A DNA stretch of 64,000 nucleotides from Candidatus Latescibacterota bacterium (GTDB taxonomy: Bacteria > Latescibacterota > UBA2968): assembly GCA_965222605.1 (NCBI GenBank), contig OZ244960.1:5664001-5728000 (forward strand). The letters run 5' to 3'. Under the pieces are notes generated by a model. It was not told the DNA's origin, did no database searches, and was given only the letters and a program-made list of their open reading frames with translations. Of the stretch, positions 39,738 through 48,804 are shown one piece after another. The first letter of the stretch is position 1. Every line of letters starts with the position of its first letter. The translations under genes were made by a program, and so were the position numbers.

Positions 39738-39781
39738 AGGACCGAAAATCGTCATTTTTATAATCCATCTGGAGATTTATA

Positions 39782-40708
39782 ATGTCCATTCTCGTCACCG
39801 GAGGCTCTGGCTTTGTCGGTTCCTGGGTCGCCAAACTCCTCGCCGAAGAGGGCGAAGACGTCATCGCTTTTGATATGTTTGAACGGCGCGACGATTTTTT
39901 GTCACATGTGTCGGATCGCATCACCTTTGTTGAAGGCAATATCCTGGGCCTTGCACATATTAATGAGATTGTGCGCAACAACCCCGATCTCACGGGTATT
40001 GTTCATACTGCCGCGCTTTTGGGGGGAGATGTGCGCGACAATCCCCATTTTGCGACACAGGTGAATGTGGGGGGGACGCACAATATCCTCGAAGTTGCGC
40101 GACAGGTTGGCGGTCTGAATGTCGTCTATGTATCCAGCGGTGCGGTTTATGGCAAGCAAGAAGGACCACTGACGGAAGACACCCCCATGATTCCCAGCGA
40201 TCCCTATGGCGCGACCAAGGCCATGTCGGAACATCTCTGTCATCAGTATTATGCGACTTATGGCGTCGATGTTTTGTGCGCCCGTATCTTTTTTTTATAT
40301 GGTCCTCCCAATGCACCCGGCCCGGATGCGGGCTTTAATACGCGCATTTTTGCCGGGCTGAGCGGGCAGGATGTGAACCTGCTAAAGGGCCGCGAACAAA
40401 AGGCCGATTGGACTTATATCGAAGATGCCGTACGGGGTGTTTTGCTCATGCTCAGGGCGACAAATGTCGCCAGTCGATCTTTTAATATTGCCACGGGCAC
40501 GTACAATCCCATTGACGAAATTATCGAAGTCGTGAGGCGGCATTCGCCGGGCAATCCCCGATATGAAGTTGGTCCAGGCGTCAACCTCGAGCGCGGCGCG
40601 CCACTCGATATTACTCTTGCCAGAGACCAACTCGGTTACGAACCCAGATACGATCTCGATTCCGGTGTGCGGGCTTACCGCGCCTGGTTTGATCAACAGC
40701 GTGCGTAA
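39782..40708 (+). CDS. NAD-dependent epimerase/dehydratase
   Basis: TGGSGFVG, HTAA, SSGAVYG, YGATK. Confidence 0.92.
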   Translation: MSILVTGGSGFVGSWVAKLLAEEGEDVIAFDMFERRDDFLSHVSDRITFVEGNILGLAHINEIVRNNPDLTGIVHTAALLGGDVRDNPHFATQVNVGGTHNILEVARQVGGLNVVYVSSGAVYGKQEGPLTEDTPMIPSDPYGATKAMSEHLCHQYYATYGVDVLCARIFFLYGPPNAPGPDAGFNTRIFAGLSGQDVNLLKGREQKADWTYIEDAVRGVLLMLRATNVASRSFNIATGTYNPIDEIIEVVRRHSPGNPRYEVGPGVNLERGAPLDITLARDQLGYEPRYDLDSGVRAYRAWFDQQRA

Positions 40709-40724
40709 ATAACAGGAGAAGACA

Positions 40725-41663
40725 ATGCCAAACAAAACCCTTCGCTACTTAGACGATGGCAGCATTGAACTGTTTGAACAGGTGGTGCCCGACCCCGGCG
40801 AGAACGAAGTGCAAATTGAGGGCGGCGCGTGTGGGATATGTTCGTGGGATGTGGTTACGGCCAAACTCGGCAATCAAATGCACCCTATGGCACCGCCGGG
40901 GCACGAAGGCGTTGGTTATGTCGCCAAAATAGGTGCTGGTGTCACGGGTTTCAAAGAGGGCGACCGGGTCGCTGGCGGCGGTTTTGCCAATATCCGAAAC
41001 TTATCCGCACAGCGCGTTTTCAAGATCCCGGAATCCGATTTGCCTGACGAATACTGGATTGTTGAACCCGTGTCCTGTGCCGTCACGGGTATTGACCATT
41101 GCCAGATTCAGCCGGGCAATCGCATTGTGGTCATAGGCTGTGGATTTATGGGGTTGTTGATCTTGCAAGGGCTTCTGCGTTATCCCCTCGACGATTTGAT
41201 CGTTCTGGATATTGTGCAAAGCCGTCTGGATCTCGCGCAACAACTCGGTGTTGGCGAGGTGTATAACACGGCTCAGGTTGACCTCTCCGATCTATCGCGC
41301 GAACTCAAGAGCAGAGAGATTGACGTGGTTGTCGATACCTCTGGCAGCCAGGCTGGTCTGGATCTATCTACCGATATTGTGAAACGCGGCGGGCGCATCA
41401 ATCTCTTTGGATGGCTCAAAGGTCAGAGGGCCTCCTTTGACCCCACAAAGTGGCATTTGGGGGGATTTACCGTTGTCAATTCCGCGCCAGCTTCAAAACT
41501 GCGAGATACTTTTGACCCTGCGATTCGCCTCATTCACAAAGGCATTATAGATCTCAAACCGCTGGTGACGCATACGGCAACACTCGGAGATTATCCTTCT
41601 TTGATGGCGCAAATTGTAGCGGGCGATGAGAGCTATATCAAAGGAGTTGTGACGCTCAAATAG
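40725..41663 (+). CDS. zinc-binding dehydrogenase (MDR family)
   Basis: CGICSWD, GHEGVG, EPVSC, GCGFMG. Confidence 0.9.
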   Translation: MPNKTLRYLDDGSIELFEQVVPDPGENEVQIEGGACGICSWDVVTAKLGNQMHPMAPPGHEGVGYVAKIGAGVTGFKEGDRVAGGGFANIRNLSAQRVFKIPESDLPDEYWIVEPVSCAVTGIDHCQIQPGNRIVVIGCGFMGLLILQGLLRYPLDDLIVLDIVQSRLDLAQQLGVGEVYNTAQVDLSDLSRELKSREIDVVVDTSGSQAGLDLSTDIVKRGGRINLFGWLKGQRASFDPTKWHLGGFTVVNSAPASKLRDTFDPAIRLIHKGIIDLKPLVTHTATLGDYPSLMAQIVAGDESYIKGVVTLK

Positions 41664-41671
41664 AATATGGG

Positions 41672-43309
41672 GTGATTATGAATGTATCAGGTGAAATGTT
41701 GTACAATGGGATTGTTTTGCCAGAGGTCTGGCCGCCTCGCGATGTGGATGAAGGCGGCACAGCACCTCTTCCCATTCCCTATTTGGACGATCCGCCAGAG
41801 GTCATTTGCATCGATCTGGGCAGGCAGTTGTTTGTAGATGATTTTTTGATTGCCTCTACTTCTCTAACAAGGGTTTTTGGCGAGGCAAAGATCCATGAGG
41901 CCAGTCCCGTTCTGAGCCCCGAGACGGATGACGAGATGGACAATGGCTATTGTCCAATGGCTGCACCGTTTAATGACGGCGCGTGGTACGATCCCGAAGA
42001 TGGATTGTTTAAGCTGTGGTACATGCCGGGCTGGTTTCGCAGCACGGCGTTGGCAATAAGCCGAGATGGCATCCACTGGGAGCGTCCAGATCTCGATGTT
42101 GTGCGCGGTACGAATCTCGTATGGCCCAATCGGGATGGATACGATAGAGATGGGTGTCTGGTGTGGCTGGACTATGACGCGGAAAGACCTGAAGAACGCT
42201 TTAAGATGTTTCAGTATTATCGGTATGACACAGAGGGCAACGCGACTACAGCAGAAGGCTGGTTGCACACATCGCCCGATGGGATTCACTGGTCCGACCC
42301 TGTTGTGACAACACCCGTGGGCGATAATACGTCATTTTTTTACAATCCATTTCGCAAAAAGTGGTGTATGAGCATTCGGCGGCAAAGTGCCAATTTGCGC
42401 GCGCGATTTTATCGGGAGTGCGATGATTTTTTGAGAGGAGCTACGTGGGATCAAGAGCGCGATGAGGTTCTCTGGCAGCGCATTGACAATCTCGCTTTGC
42501 CCGATCCCGAACTGCCCGATCACCGGGTCGCACTTTACGATGTGAATGCAACGCCTTATGAGAGTTTGATGTTGGGACTATTCGCAATTTTTCGCGGGCC
42601 TGAAAATAATATTTGTGCGGAGAAGGGCGTGCCCAAAACAATGGATCTGGAACTGGGATATAGCCGCGATGGATTTCATTTTAGCCGTCCAAATCGCACG
42701 CCTTTTCTCGCGTCGTCGCGCCGTATTGGCGATTGGAATCGGGCGTATTTGCACGCGGTGGGCGGCGTTTGTATGGTGGTGGGGGATGAAGTGTGGATTT
42801 ATTTCACGGGTTTTTCTGGCCAGTCGCCAAAGCTCGGCAAGACAGATGTGGGGGCGTCTGGGCGAAGTCGGCGCGTGATGTATGCGGGGGCGAGTACGGG
42901 ATTGGCAACCATTAGGCGAGATGGTTTTGCATCTATGGATGCAGGTGCCGATGGCGGTGTGTTGACTACGCGCTCTGTGGTTTTTAAGGGGCATCGGTTA
43001 TTTGTGAATGTGGAGACGGCTGGTGGTGAATTGCGGGTGGAAGTACTGGAAGAAAACGGGCAACTGGTCGAAGGTTTAACCGCGGAACAGTGTGTACCGC
43101 TTTGTGTGGATCGCACCTGCTGCGAGGTCTTATGGACTTCTGGGAAAAATTTGTCTTCGGTTTCTGGGCGTCCTGTGGTGTTCCGGTTTTATTTGCGGTC
43201 GGGGCGATTATTTTCGTTTTGGGTCACAGATGATCCCAATGGAGCGAGTTCTGGATATCTGTCGGCCGGTGGACCCGGTTGTATAAAGGGCAGGGATTTG
43301 TCCAGGTGA
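41672..43309 (+). CDS. five-bladed beta-propeller glycoside-hydrolase-like protein (GH32/GH43/GH130-like)
   Basis: RQLFVDDFLI, repeated Asp-box motifs (SRDGIHW, SPDGIHW, SRDGFHF), RRDGFASM. Confidence 0.7.
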   Translation: MIMNVSGEMLYNGIVLPEVWPPRDVDEGGTAPLPIPYLDDPPEVICIDLGRQLFVDDFLIASTSLTRVFGEAKIHEASPVLSPETDDEMDNGYCPMAAPFNDGAWYDPEDGLFKLWYMPGWFRSTALAISRDGIHWERPDLDVVRGTNLVWPNRDGYDRDGCLVWLDYDAERPEERFKMFQYYRYDTEGNATTAEGWLHTSPDGIHWSDPVVTTPVGDNTSFFYNPFRKKWCMSIRRQSANLRARFYRECDDFLRGATWDQERDEVLWQRIDNLALPDPELPDHRVALYDVNATPYESLMLGLFAIFRGPENNICAEKGVPKTMDLELGYSRDGFHFSRPNRTPFLASSRRIGDWNRAYLHAVGGVCMVVGDEVWIYFTGFSGQSPKLGKTDVGASGRSRRVMYAGASTGLATIRRDGFASMDAGADGGVLTTRSVVFKGHRLFVNVETAGGELRVEVLEENGQLVEGLTAEQCVPLCVDRTCCEVLWTSGKNLSSVSGRPVVFRFYLRSGRLFSFWVTDDPNGASSGYLSAGGPGCIKGRDLSR

Positions 43310-43320
43310 TGATGTGTGAT

Positions 43321-44046
43321 TTAGCCGTGCTTTGTCCAGTAGGCTTCGAGTTTGTCTCGAGGGTCAAAGCCGAGTAATGTGCGCGCGCGCGTGTTTGGGA
43401 AGCGATTGTGTGGCAGGTCTGTGGTGATGAAGAAGACTTCAAAGCGCGATGGGAGTGTTTGGAGATCTACGTCTATGGCGCACTTAACGGCTTGTGCGGC
43501 ATCTCTGGCTGATATGCTGAGGGTGCTGTCATCGGTGTTGTGTGGATCGGCAGTGGGTTCTCGAAAGCGCGAAAAGATGAGCGAAAGGACGTGTAGCGGA
43601 TGGTGTTCGCTGAAGAGTCGGCAGATTTCGAGGCCGAGTCCTTTGCTCATTGCATAGAGTTCCGTGCCGGGTTGTGGAGGGATTTTTTCAGAAATGGTAT
43701 GGTCGTAATCGAGATAGGAAGGACCGACGAGTGAGAAGCGCGGTCCCGTGTTTATAAAGCGTTTCATGCCATATGCAACTGCGGCGCGGAGCGCGTTGTG
43801 CGTTCCCATTGTGTTCACGCCAAAAGCAATTTTGCGATGGGTGCGCTGAACAGAGCAGTTGATGATGACGTCCATGCCCTCGGCAGCGGACATGACTTGA
43901 GCAAAATCGGATACATCGACCTGCCGCGTGTCGTGTGGTGTATCGATGGGCCTGAGGTCGGTGACGCGAAGTTGATGGTGGTCTTCGAGCGCGCTGACGA
44001 CATAAGGACCGAGAAAACCATTGCCACCGAGAATGAGAACTTTCAT
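43321..44046 (-). CDS. NAD-dependent epimerase/dehydrogenase (uronate dehydrogenase-like)
   Basis: MKVLILGGNGFLG, YAMSK; start ATG 44046. Confidence 0.8.
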   Translation of the reverse strand: MKVLILGGNGFLGPYVVSALEDHHQLRVTDLRPIDTPHDTRQVDVSDFAQVMSAAEGMDVIINCSVQRTHRKIAFGVNTMGTHNALRAAVAYGMKRFINTGPRFSLVGPSYLDYDHTISEKIPPQPGTELYAMSKGLGLEICRLFSEHHPLHVLSLIFSRFREPTADPHNTDDSTLSISARDAAQAVKCAIDVDLQTLPSRFEVFFITTDLPHNRFPNTRARTLLGFDPRDKLEAYWTKHG

Positions 44047-44050
44047 GGGA

Positions 44051-44857
44051 TTATTGGGTGACGCGCGGGCGGTTTGTGCGGTAGGGCGGTTCGAGAAGGG
44101 CGCGTTGTGTGGGTGTAAATTCGTCGAGTGCTTTTTCCACATCTGGCGGCAGATATCGAGCTGAATAGGTCAGCGTGCCGGGGGAGTATTTGTAGAGTAT
44201 GGATCTGCGTTGATGGTCGGCTGTCCAGGGGAGCGTGCCATGCGCCAGTGCTTCTGTGAAGATGATGGCCGATCCCGCTTTTGCCGGGACTTGCTGTACA
44301 ACCCCCATATCCCGGTCCACACGTGCGACATCGCGGGGTGTTTTGTAGTTGGATTTGTGGCTGCCGGGAATGCAGGCAAAACCGCCCTCGCCGGGGTTGC
44401 AATCGGTGAGTACCCACGAGACCACGGTGAGGCCACAGCGCATTCGCCCATTGTGAAATTGATAGAAGTGCGTCAGGTCGTCAGCCGTGCCCCCGCCGTG
44501 GATGACATGGCCTTCGGCTCCTTTTTCCATGATGATGCCGTAGAGGTGGTCGAGGCGACAGTCTTCGCGCAGCAATTCTGCAAGGTAGGGCACGATATTT
44601 GGATGGGCGAGCAAATCGCGGAAGGGTTGACACCAGGGTTTGGGCCATGTGAGCATGCCGCTCAAATCGGTGCGCCCGTGTTTGCCCTTGAGTGCTTTGG
44701 ACTCGCCGGAGAGGGATTGCTCTGACGGGCGAATGTGCATCTTGTCGGGGTTGTTGTCAATGGCTTTGTTGCACGCGGCAATTTCGTCGGCTGTCAAAGC
44801 GTTTTCAACCACGAGGTAGCCGTTGAGGTCGAAGAAGAATTTTTCGTGTTCGTCCAT
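44051..44857 (-). CDS. phytanoyl-CoA dioxygenase (PhyH) family protein
   Basis: FFDLNGYLVV, GGFACIPGSHK, AGSAIIF.E...HG, RRSILYKY. Confidence 0.88.
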   Translation of the reverse strand: MDEHEKFFFDLNGYLVVENALTADEIAACNKAIDNNPDKMHIRPSEQSLSGESKALKGKHGRTDLSGMLTWPKPWCQPFRDLLAHPNIVPYLAELLREDCRLDHLYGIIMEKGAEGHVIHGGGTADDLTHFYQFHNGRMRCGLTVVSWVLTDCNPGEGGFACIPGSHKSNYKTPRDVARVDRDMGVVQQVPAKAGSAIIFTEALAHGTLPWTADHQRRSILYKYSPGTLTYSARYLPPDVEKALDEFTPTQRALLEPPYRTNRPRVTQ

Positions 44858-44884
44858 GTTCGAGATCCCTATGTAGAAGGCCAG

Positions 44885-45085
44885 TTAATCTTCATCTCCC
44901 TTGTCCCGCCTCATCCGATAGCGACCAATCCGCCGGATAAAAATCCACACCAGTCCAATAAGTGCAATATATTGCACAAAATCCCAAATCCAGCCCTTCC
45001 AGCCCAGGATGCCCGGCCAGACTGCGCCGATGCACAGGATGATAAATGCGTCTTCCAAAATCAGCCACAGCGGTCGCTCATTCAT
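44885..45085 (-). CDS. small two-TM membrane protein
   Basis: 66 aa, two hydrophobic segments, overlaps the stop of the slt-like gene. Confidence 0.65.
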   Translation of the reverse strand: MNERPLWLILEDAFIILCIGAVWPGILGWKGWIWDFVQYIALIGLVWIFIRRIGRYRMRRDKGDED

Positions 45086-47255
45086 TTTTATATCCCAATG
45101 ATATTTCTACCTCTGACTGTGCATCGTTGAGGTAAGAATAAACACGATAATTGCGATATACGAGTTTCACATAATTGCGGGTTTCTTTATAGGGAATGCG
45201 CTCTATAAATTCATCAACGTCGCGTTTTGTGAGGTGTTTTTCCCACCGCTTTGCAGCTTCCAGACCCGCATTATAAGCCGATAGTGCCAGACTAAGTTGC
45301 CTGTGCTTATCTTTTCGAAACGCCTTCATGTGGTCGGAGAGATGTTTCCCGCCCAATAAAATCGACGTGTGGGGATCGTGCAGGTCTTCGGTTGAAAAAG
45401 TTTTGAGCTTGACAAGTCGGGCCATATTCCGCCCTGTTTGTGGCATCACCTGCATCAATCCGCGTGCGCCCGCGCGAGACACAGCGGTTGTATTAAACGC
45501 GCTTTCCTGTCGCATGATGGCGATCATGAGATTGGGGTCCAGATTCATTTTTCGCGCGACCTGGTTGATCTCGCCCCAATAATACGTTGGATACAACCGC
45601 CGGAATGAAGCCCGCGTCATGGATATTCCCTTAGTGCGTTCTAACATTACAATCTGTGCGGACACTTGAAGTGCCTTGTGCATCGCGCGGACGCGCTCAT
45701 AGCGCGGCTTCAAATCATCCAGGGCAAACAAATTGCGTCCGAGAATTCGCCGAGCGCGGTCGTATTCGCGCTCGGCATCTCGGTACAACCCGATGGACGC
45801 CAATACGTCTCCTTTTGGGATATGCGTCGAAGGCGTATAGGATTGACCTACTGATAGGTGTTCGCCGGGTTGGGGTACTTCGATATAAGCATTTTCTGTT
45901 TTGCCCAGGACTGCATGTGCGCGTGCCGAGTAATAAGAGGTGGGAAACCCTTCTGAGGCGCGTTCAATCCAGAATCGCGCTTCTGCTTTTTGTCCCAATT
46001 TTTGGTAACACTTGCCCGCCCAGTAATACCCCTGATCGCGCAGATGGCTCGCAGAGGTCTGGCGCGCCAGGCGCAAAAAGGCTTTGGCAGCAGCCGTGTA
46101 TTGCCGCGTTTGATAAAGCGCGAATCCCGCCCGCCACGCCGCCTGGTCGGCATAATTACTTTTGGGATAGGTTTTTGCCAGTGTGAGAAATAGTTTGCGC
46201 GCATCGCTATGACGCCCCCGTCGCTCGTAGGCCATGGCCGCCTGCCAGAGGGCTTCGGATGCGGTTTTTGAGTTGGGATAGCGACGCACAAATTCTCGAA
46301 ACCGCGTTGTTCCCGTCAAATCTTGCCCGCGCTTGATGGCACATTGCCCCAGGTAAAAAAGTGCTTCGGACACATGATACACTTTGAAGGCGCGGTCAAA
46401 CGCGCTTTCGGCCTTGAGATATTTTCGACTGCGATAATATACATGGCCCAGTTCGTATTGCGCTTTTCCGCGCCATGTGGCATCTTGAGATTCATCAATC
46501 ACGCGGCGTAATAAATCGGTAGCCTGTCGATATTTTTCGGCATGCATGCAGGCTACACCCGCGTAAAACAGTTCTTCAATACCGCGCATATCACTCAGCG
46601 CGGGGAGCATTTCGAGAATGCCCGGATGTTTGGGATAATTTTTGACCAATTGCAACCACATTTCGCGCGCAGCAACAGAATCGTCCAGAGCAGTCCATGC
46701 CACGACCAGCCCGGCCAGTGCATCGCCTTCGTGCGGACGCTTGCCAACAAGTGTTTGATAATATGCGATAGCGCCTTCCGCATTGCCCTGTGCAAGCGCG
46801 ACCCGCGCGGCATTGAGTGTCGCCTGATCGCCGAGTAAACTCACTGGTCTCATGTGCAGGATTTTTGCATAATGATTTTCAGCGTCTTTGGCTTGCCCCA
46901 AAGCCTCGGCGCATTGTCCTATCCAAAAGGTCACATAATCGGCAATTTCTTTGCGCGTGGTGCCTGAAGACTGAAGAATTGTTAATGCGTCTGAGTATTT
47001 GCCGAGGTGCATCAGACAAATCGCGCGTTGCAACGCGATGGTGTGAGTATCCCAGGCATCGCGCTGGGTAGTGTCCATATTGTCGAGTGCGGATAATGCA
47101 TCGACAAAATTTTGCTGTGCAATTAGTTCTGCAACCCGGAAAATGGGATCGCGTTGTTCCCCTATTCCCAAATATCCCACGATTACAAATACGGCTATAA
47201 AGGGGAAGGCAAATAGCGCGACGCGGCTCACTAATCTGTTTTTGAAAAATGACAT
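45078..47255 (-). CDS. TPR-repeat soluble lytic transglycosylase (Slt-like)
   Basis: N-terminal TM, TPR repeats, RQESAF, GLMQVMP, AYNAG, ETRNYV. Confidence 0.9.
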   Translation of the reverse strand: MSFFKNRLVSRVALFAFPFIAVFVIVGYLGIGEQRDPIFRVAELIAQQNFVDALSALDNMDTTQRDAWDTHTIALQRAICLMHLGKYSDALTILQSSGTTRKEIADYVTFWIGQCAEALGQAKDAENHYAKILHMRPVSLLGDQATLNAARVALAQGNAEGAIAYYQTLVGKRPHEGDALAGLVVAWTALDDSVAAREMWLQLVKNYPKHPGILEMLPALSDMRGIEELFYAGVACMHAEKYRQATDLLRRVIDESQDATWRGKAQYELGHVYYRSRKYLKAESAFDRAFKVYHVSEALFYLGQCAIKRGQDLTGTTRFREFVRRYPNSKTASEALWQAAMAYERRGRHSDARKLFLTLAKTYPKSNYADQAAWRAGFALYQTRQYTAAAKAFLRLARQTSASHLRDQGYYWAGKCYQKLGQKAEARFWIERASEGFPTSYYSARAHAVLGKTENAYIEVPQPGEHLSVGQSYTPSTHIPKGDVLASIGLYRDAEREYDRARRILGRNLFALDDLKPRYERVRAMHKALQVSAQIVMLERTKGISMTRASFRRLYPTYYWGEINQVARKMNLDPNLMIAIMRQESAFNTTAVSRAGARGLMQVMPQTGRNMARLVKLKTFSTEDLHDPHTSILLGGKHLSDHMKAFRKDKHRQLSLALSAYNAGLEAAKRWEKHLTKRDVDEFIERIPYKETRNYVKLVYRNYRVYSYLNDAQSEVEISLGYKNE

Positions 47256-47316
47256 CGTGAAAGCCTTTGATTGCAACCAACGCGATGAGGTTATTTGATG
47301 CGTCTCTAAAGAAAAA

Positions 47317-47345
47317 ATTGTAGTCCATATTGTACGCAATGTCAA
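47317..47345 (-). promoter_or_regulatory. sigma70 promoter TTGACA-N17-TACAAT for the slt-like gene
   Basis: Near-consensus hexamers; supports a start at 47255 rather than 47345. Confidence 0.7.
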
Positions 47346-47429
47346 GACACAAAAAGAGGTCAGTAGTTGGTGATCAGGCCTTGATAGAGAAATTCAAGGC
47401 CAAGTTTTGTATTTCAGTCAGGAGTTTCT

Positions 47430-48803
47430 ATGAAAGCACTTATTCTCGCGGCGGGAAAAGGCGAACGTTTTTTTCCATTTAATATTTTTCGCCCCAAGCC
47501 GATGTTTCCCATATGCAATCGCCCGCTTTTGGAGTGGACGGTTTCGCGTCTGGTCGATGCGAATATTACGGATATCGGCATTGTGGTGGGGCATCGAGGG
47601 GGGCGAGCGCGCAATTATTTTGGCAGTGGGCAGCGATTTGGCTGTCAAATTACTTATATTGAGCAACCGCAGCCAAAAGGCACGGCGCATGCGGTGGGGC
47701 TGGCGGCTGATTTTATTGGCACTGATGATGTTCTGGTCATTTTCGGAGATATTTTTTTTGGTGGCGATGCAATCCCACACCTGTTAGATGTGTTTAGGGA
47801 TAGAAAATGTTCTGGTGTTGCTGGCATTGTCCAGGTTGACGATCTCTCATCTCATATACGCGCACACGCTGAAAAGGACCAGAGCTTGTCTTCCTATACC
47901 TATAAGCCCCGAGGCGGGTCGGGCCATGCCCTGTCAGGTCTTTATGTTTTTAAAAATGAAATTTTGTCCGATCTGGGCAATACCTCTGACTTTGTACCGA
48001 GAACCCAATATGGCATTTTTCCGCCTGAGGGCCAGGAAATTTGCGATGTTATCCCATTGCTCTACGGCGAGGGACGTGCGCTTATCGCGGTAGATTTGCC
48101 CGGGTCCTGGTTCGATATGGACCTGCCCTGGCATCCGAAAAATGTCGCGCTTATGGCACTTTCTGAAATGGCTGATGCACTCACAGAAGCGGTTGTTGCG
48201 CCAACGGCTACAGTCGATCCCGACGCTCGCATTCGCGGTCCCATTTTCGTCGATGAAAATACCACGATTGCCCGAGATGTCTATATTGAGGGACCAGTCT
48301 GGATTGGGAAAGATACTCAGATATTAGAAGGCTCTCACATCGCATCCCGTACTGTGATCGGCGATCGCTGCAAAATTGGCCCTTTTGCCAAAGTATCGGG
48401 TACGGTAGATACCAACTGTCATATCACCTATTTGGGCGAGTTTAGCGGTATCATGCTCGAAGAAGGTCGCGTGACCCATCAGATTCAGCTTTCGGGCATT
48501 TTTGGCGAGCGCGCAGAAATAGGCGCGGGTACACAGGTGGGCACGCTGCGCTTTGACGATGCGGAGATTGAGGTTGAAGTTCAGGGCATTCGCCGAAAAG
48601 CACCCGGGTTTACCGGCGTGTTGTTTGGGGATTATTCGCGTACGGGTATCGGTGCGATGATTATGCCCGGTCGCATTGTGGGGCCATGTGCGATGGTGGG
48701 CGCGGGCGTGGTACTCATGAAAAACGTGCCGCCGTACAAGGCAGTGCTCGTCAAGCAGCAACTCGATGTCGTTGATTGGTCACCCAATATCTATGACCGC
48801 TAA
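47430..48803 (+). CDS. bifunctional sugar-phosphate nucleotidyltransferase/acetyltransferase (archaeal GlmU-like)
   Basis: LAAGKGER, PKPM, GTAHA; C-terminal hexapeptide repeats, GAGTQVGTLRFDD. Confidence 0.8.
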   Translation: MKALILAAGKGERFFPFNIFRPKPMFPICNRPLLEWTVSRLVDANITDIGIVVGHRGGRARNYFGSGQRFGCQITYIEQPQPKGTAHAVGLAADFIGTDDVLVIFGDIFFGGDAIPHLLDVFRDRKCSGVAGIVQVDDLSSHIRAHAEKDQSLSSYTYKPRGGSGHALSGLYVFKNEILSDLGNTSDFVPRTQYGIFPPEGQEICDVIPLLYGEGRALIAVDLPGSWFDMDLPWHPKNVALMALSEMADALTEAVVAPTATVDPDARIRGPIFVDENTTIARDVYIEGPVWIGKDTQILEGSHIASRTVIGDRCKIGPFAKVSGTVDTNCHITYLGEFSGIMLEEGRVTHQIQLSGIFGERAEIGAGTQVGTLRFDDAEIEVEVQGIRRKAPGFTGVLFGDYSRTGIGAMIMPGRIVGPCAMVGAGVVLMKNVPPYKAVLVKQQLDVVDWSPNIYDR

Positions 48804-48804
48804 T

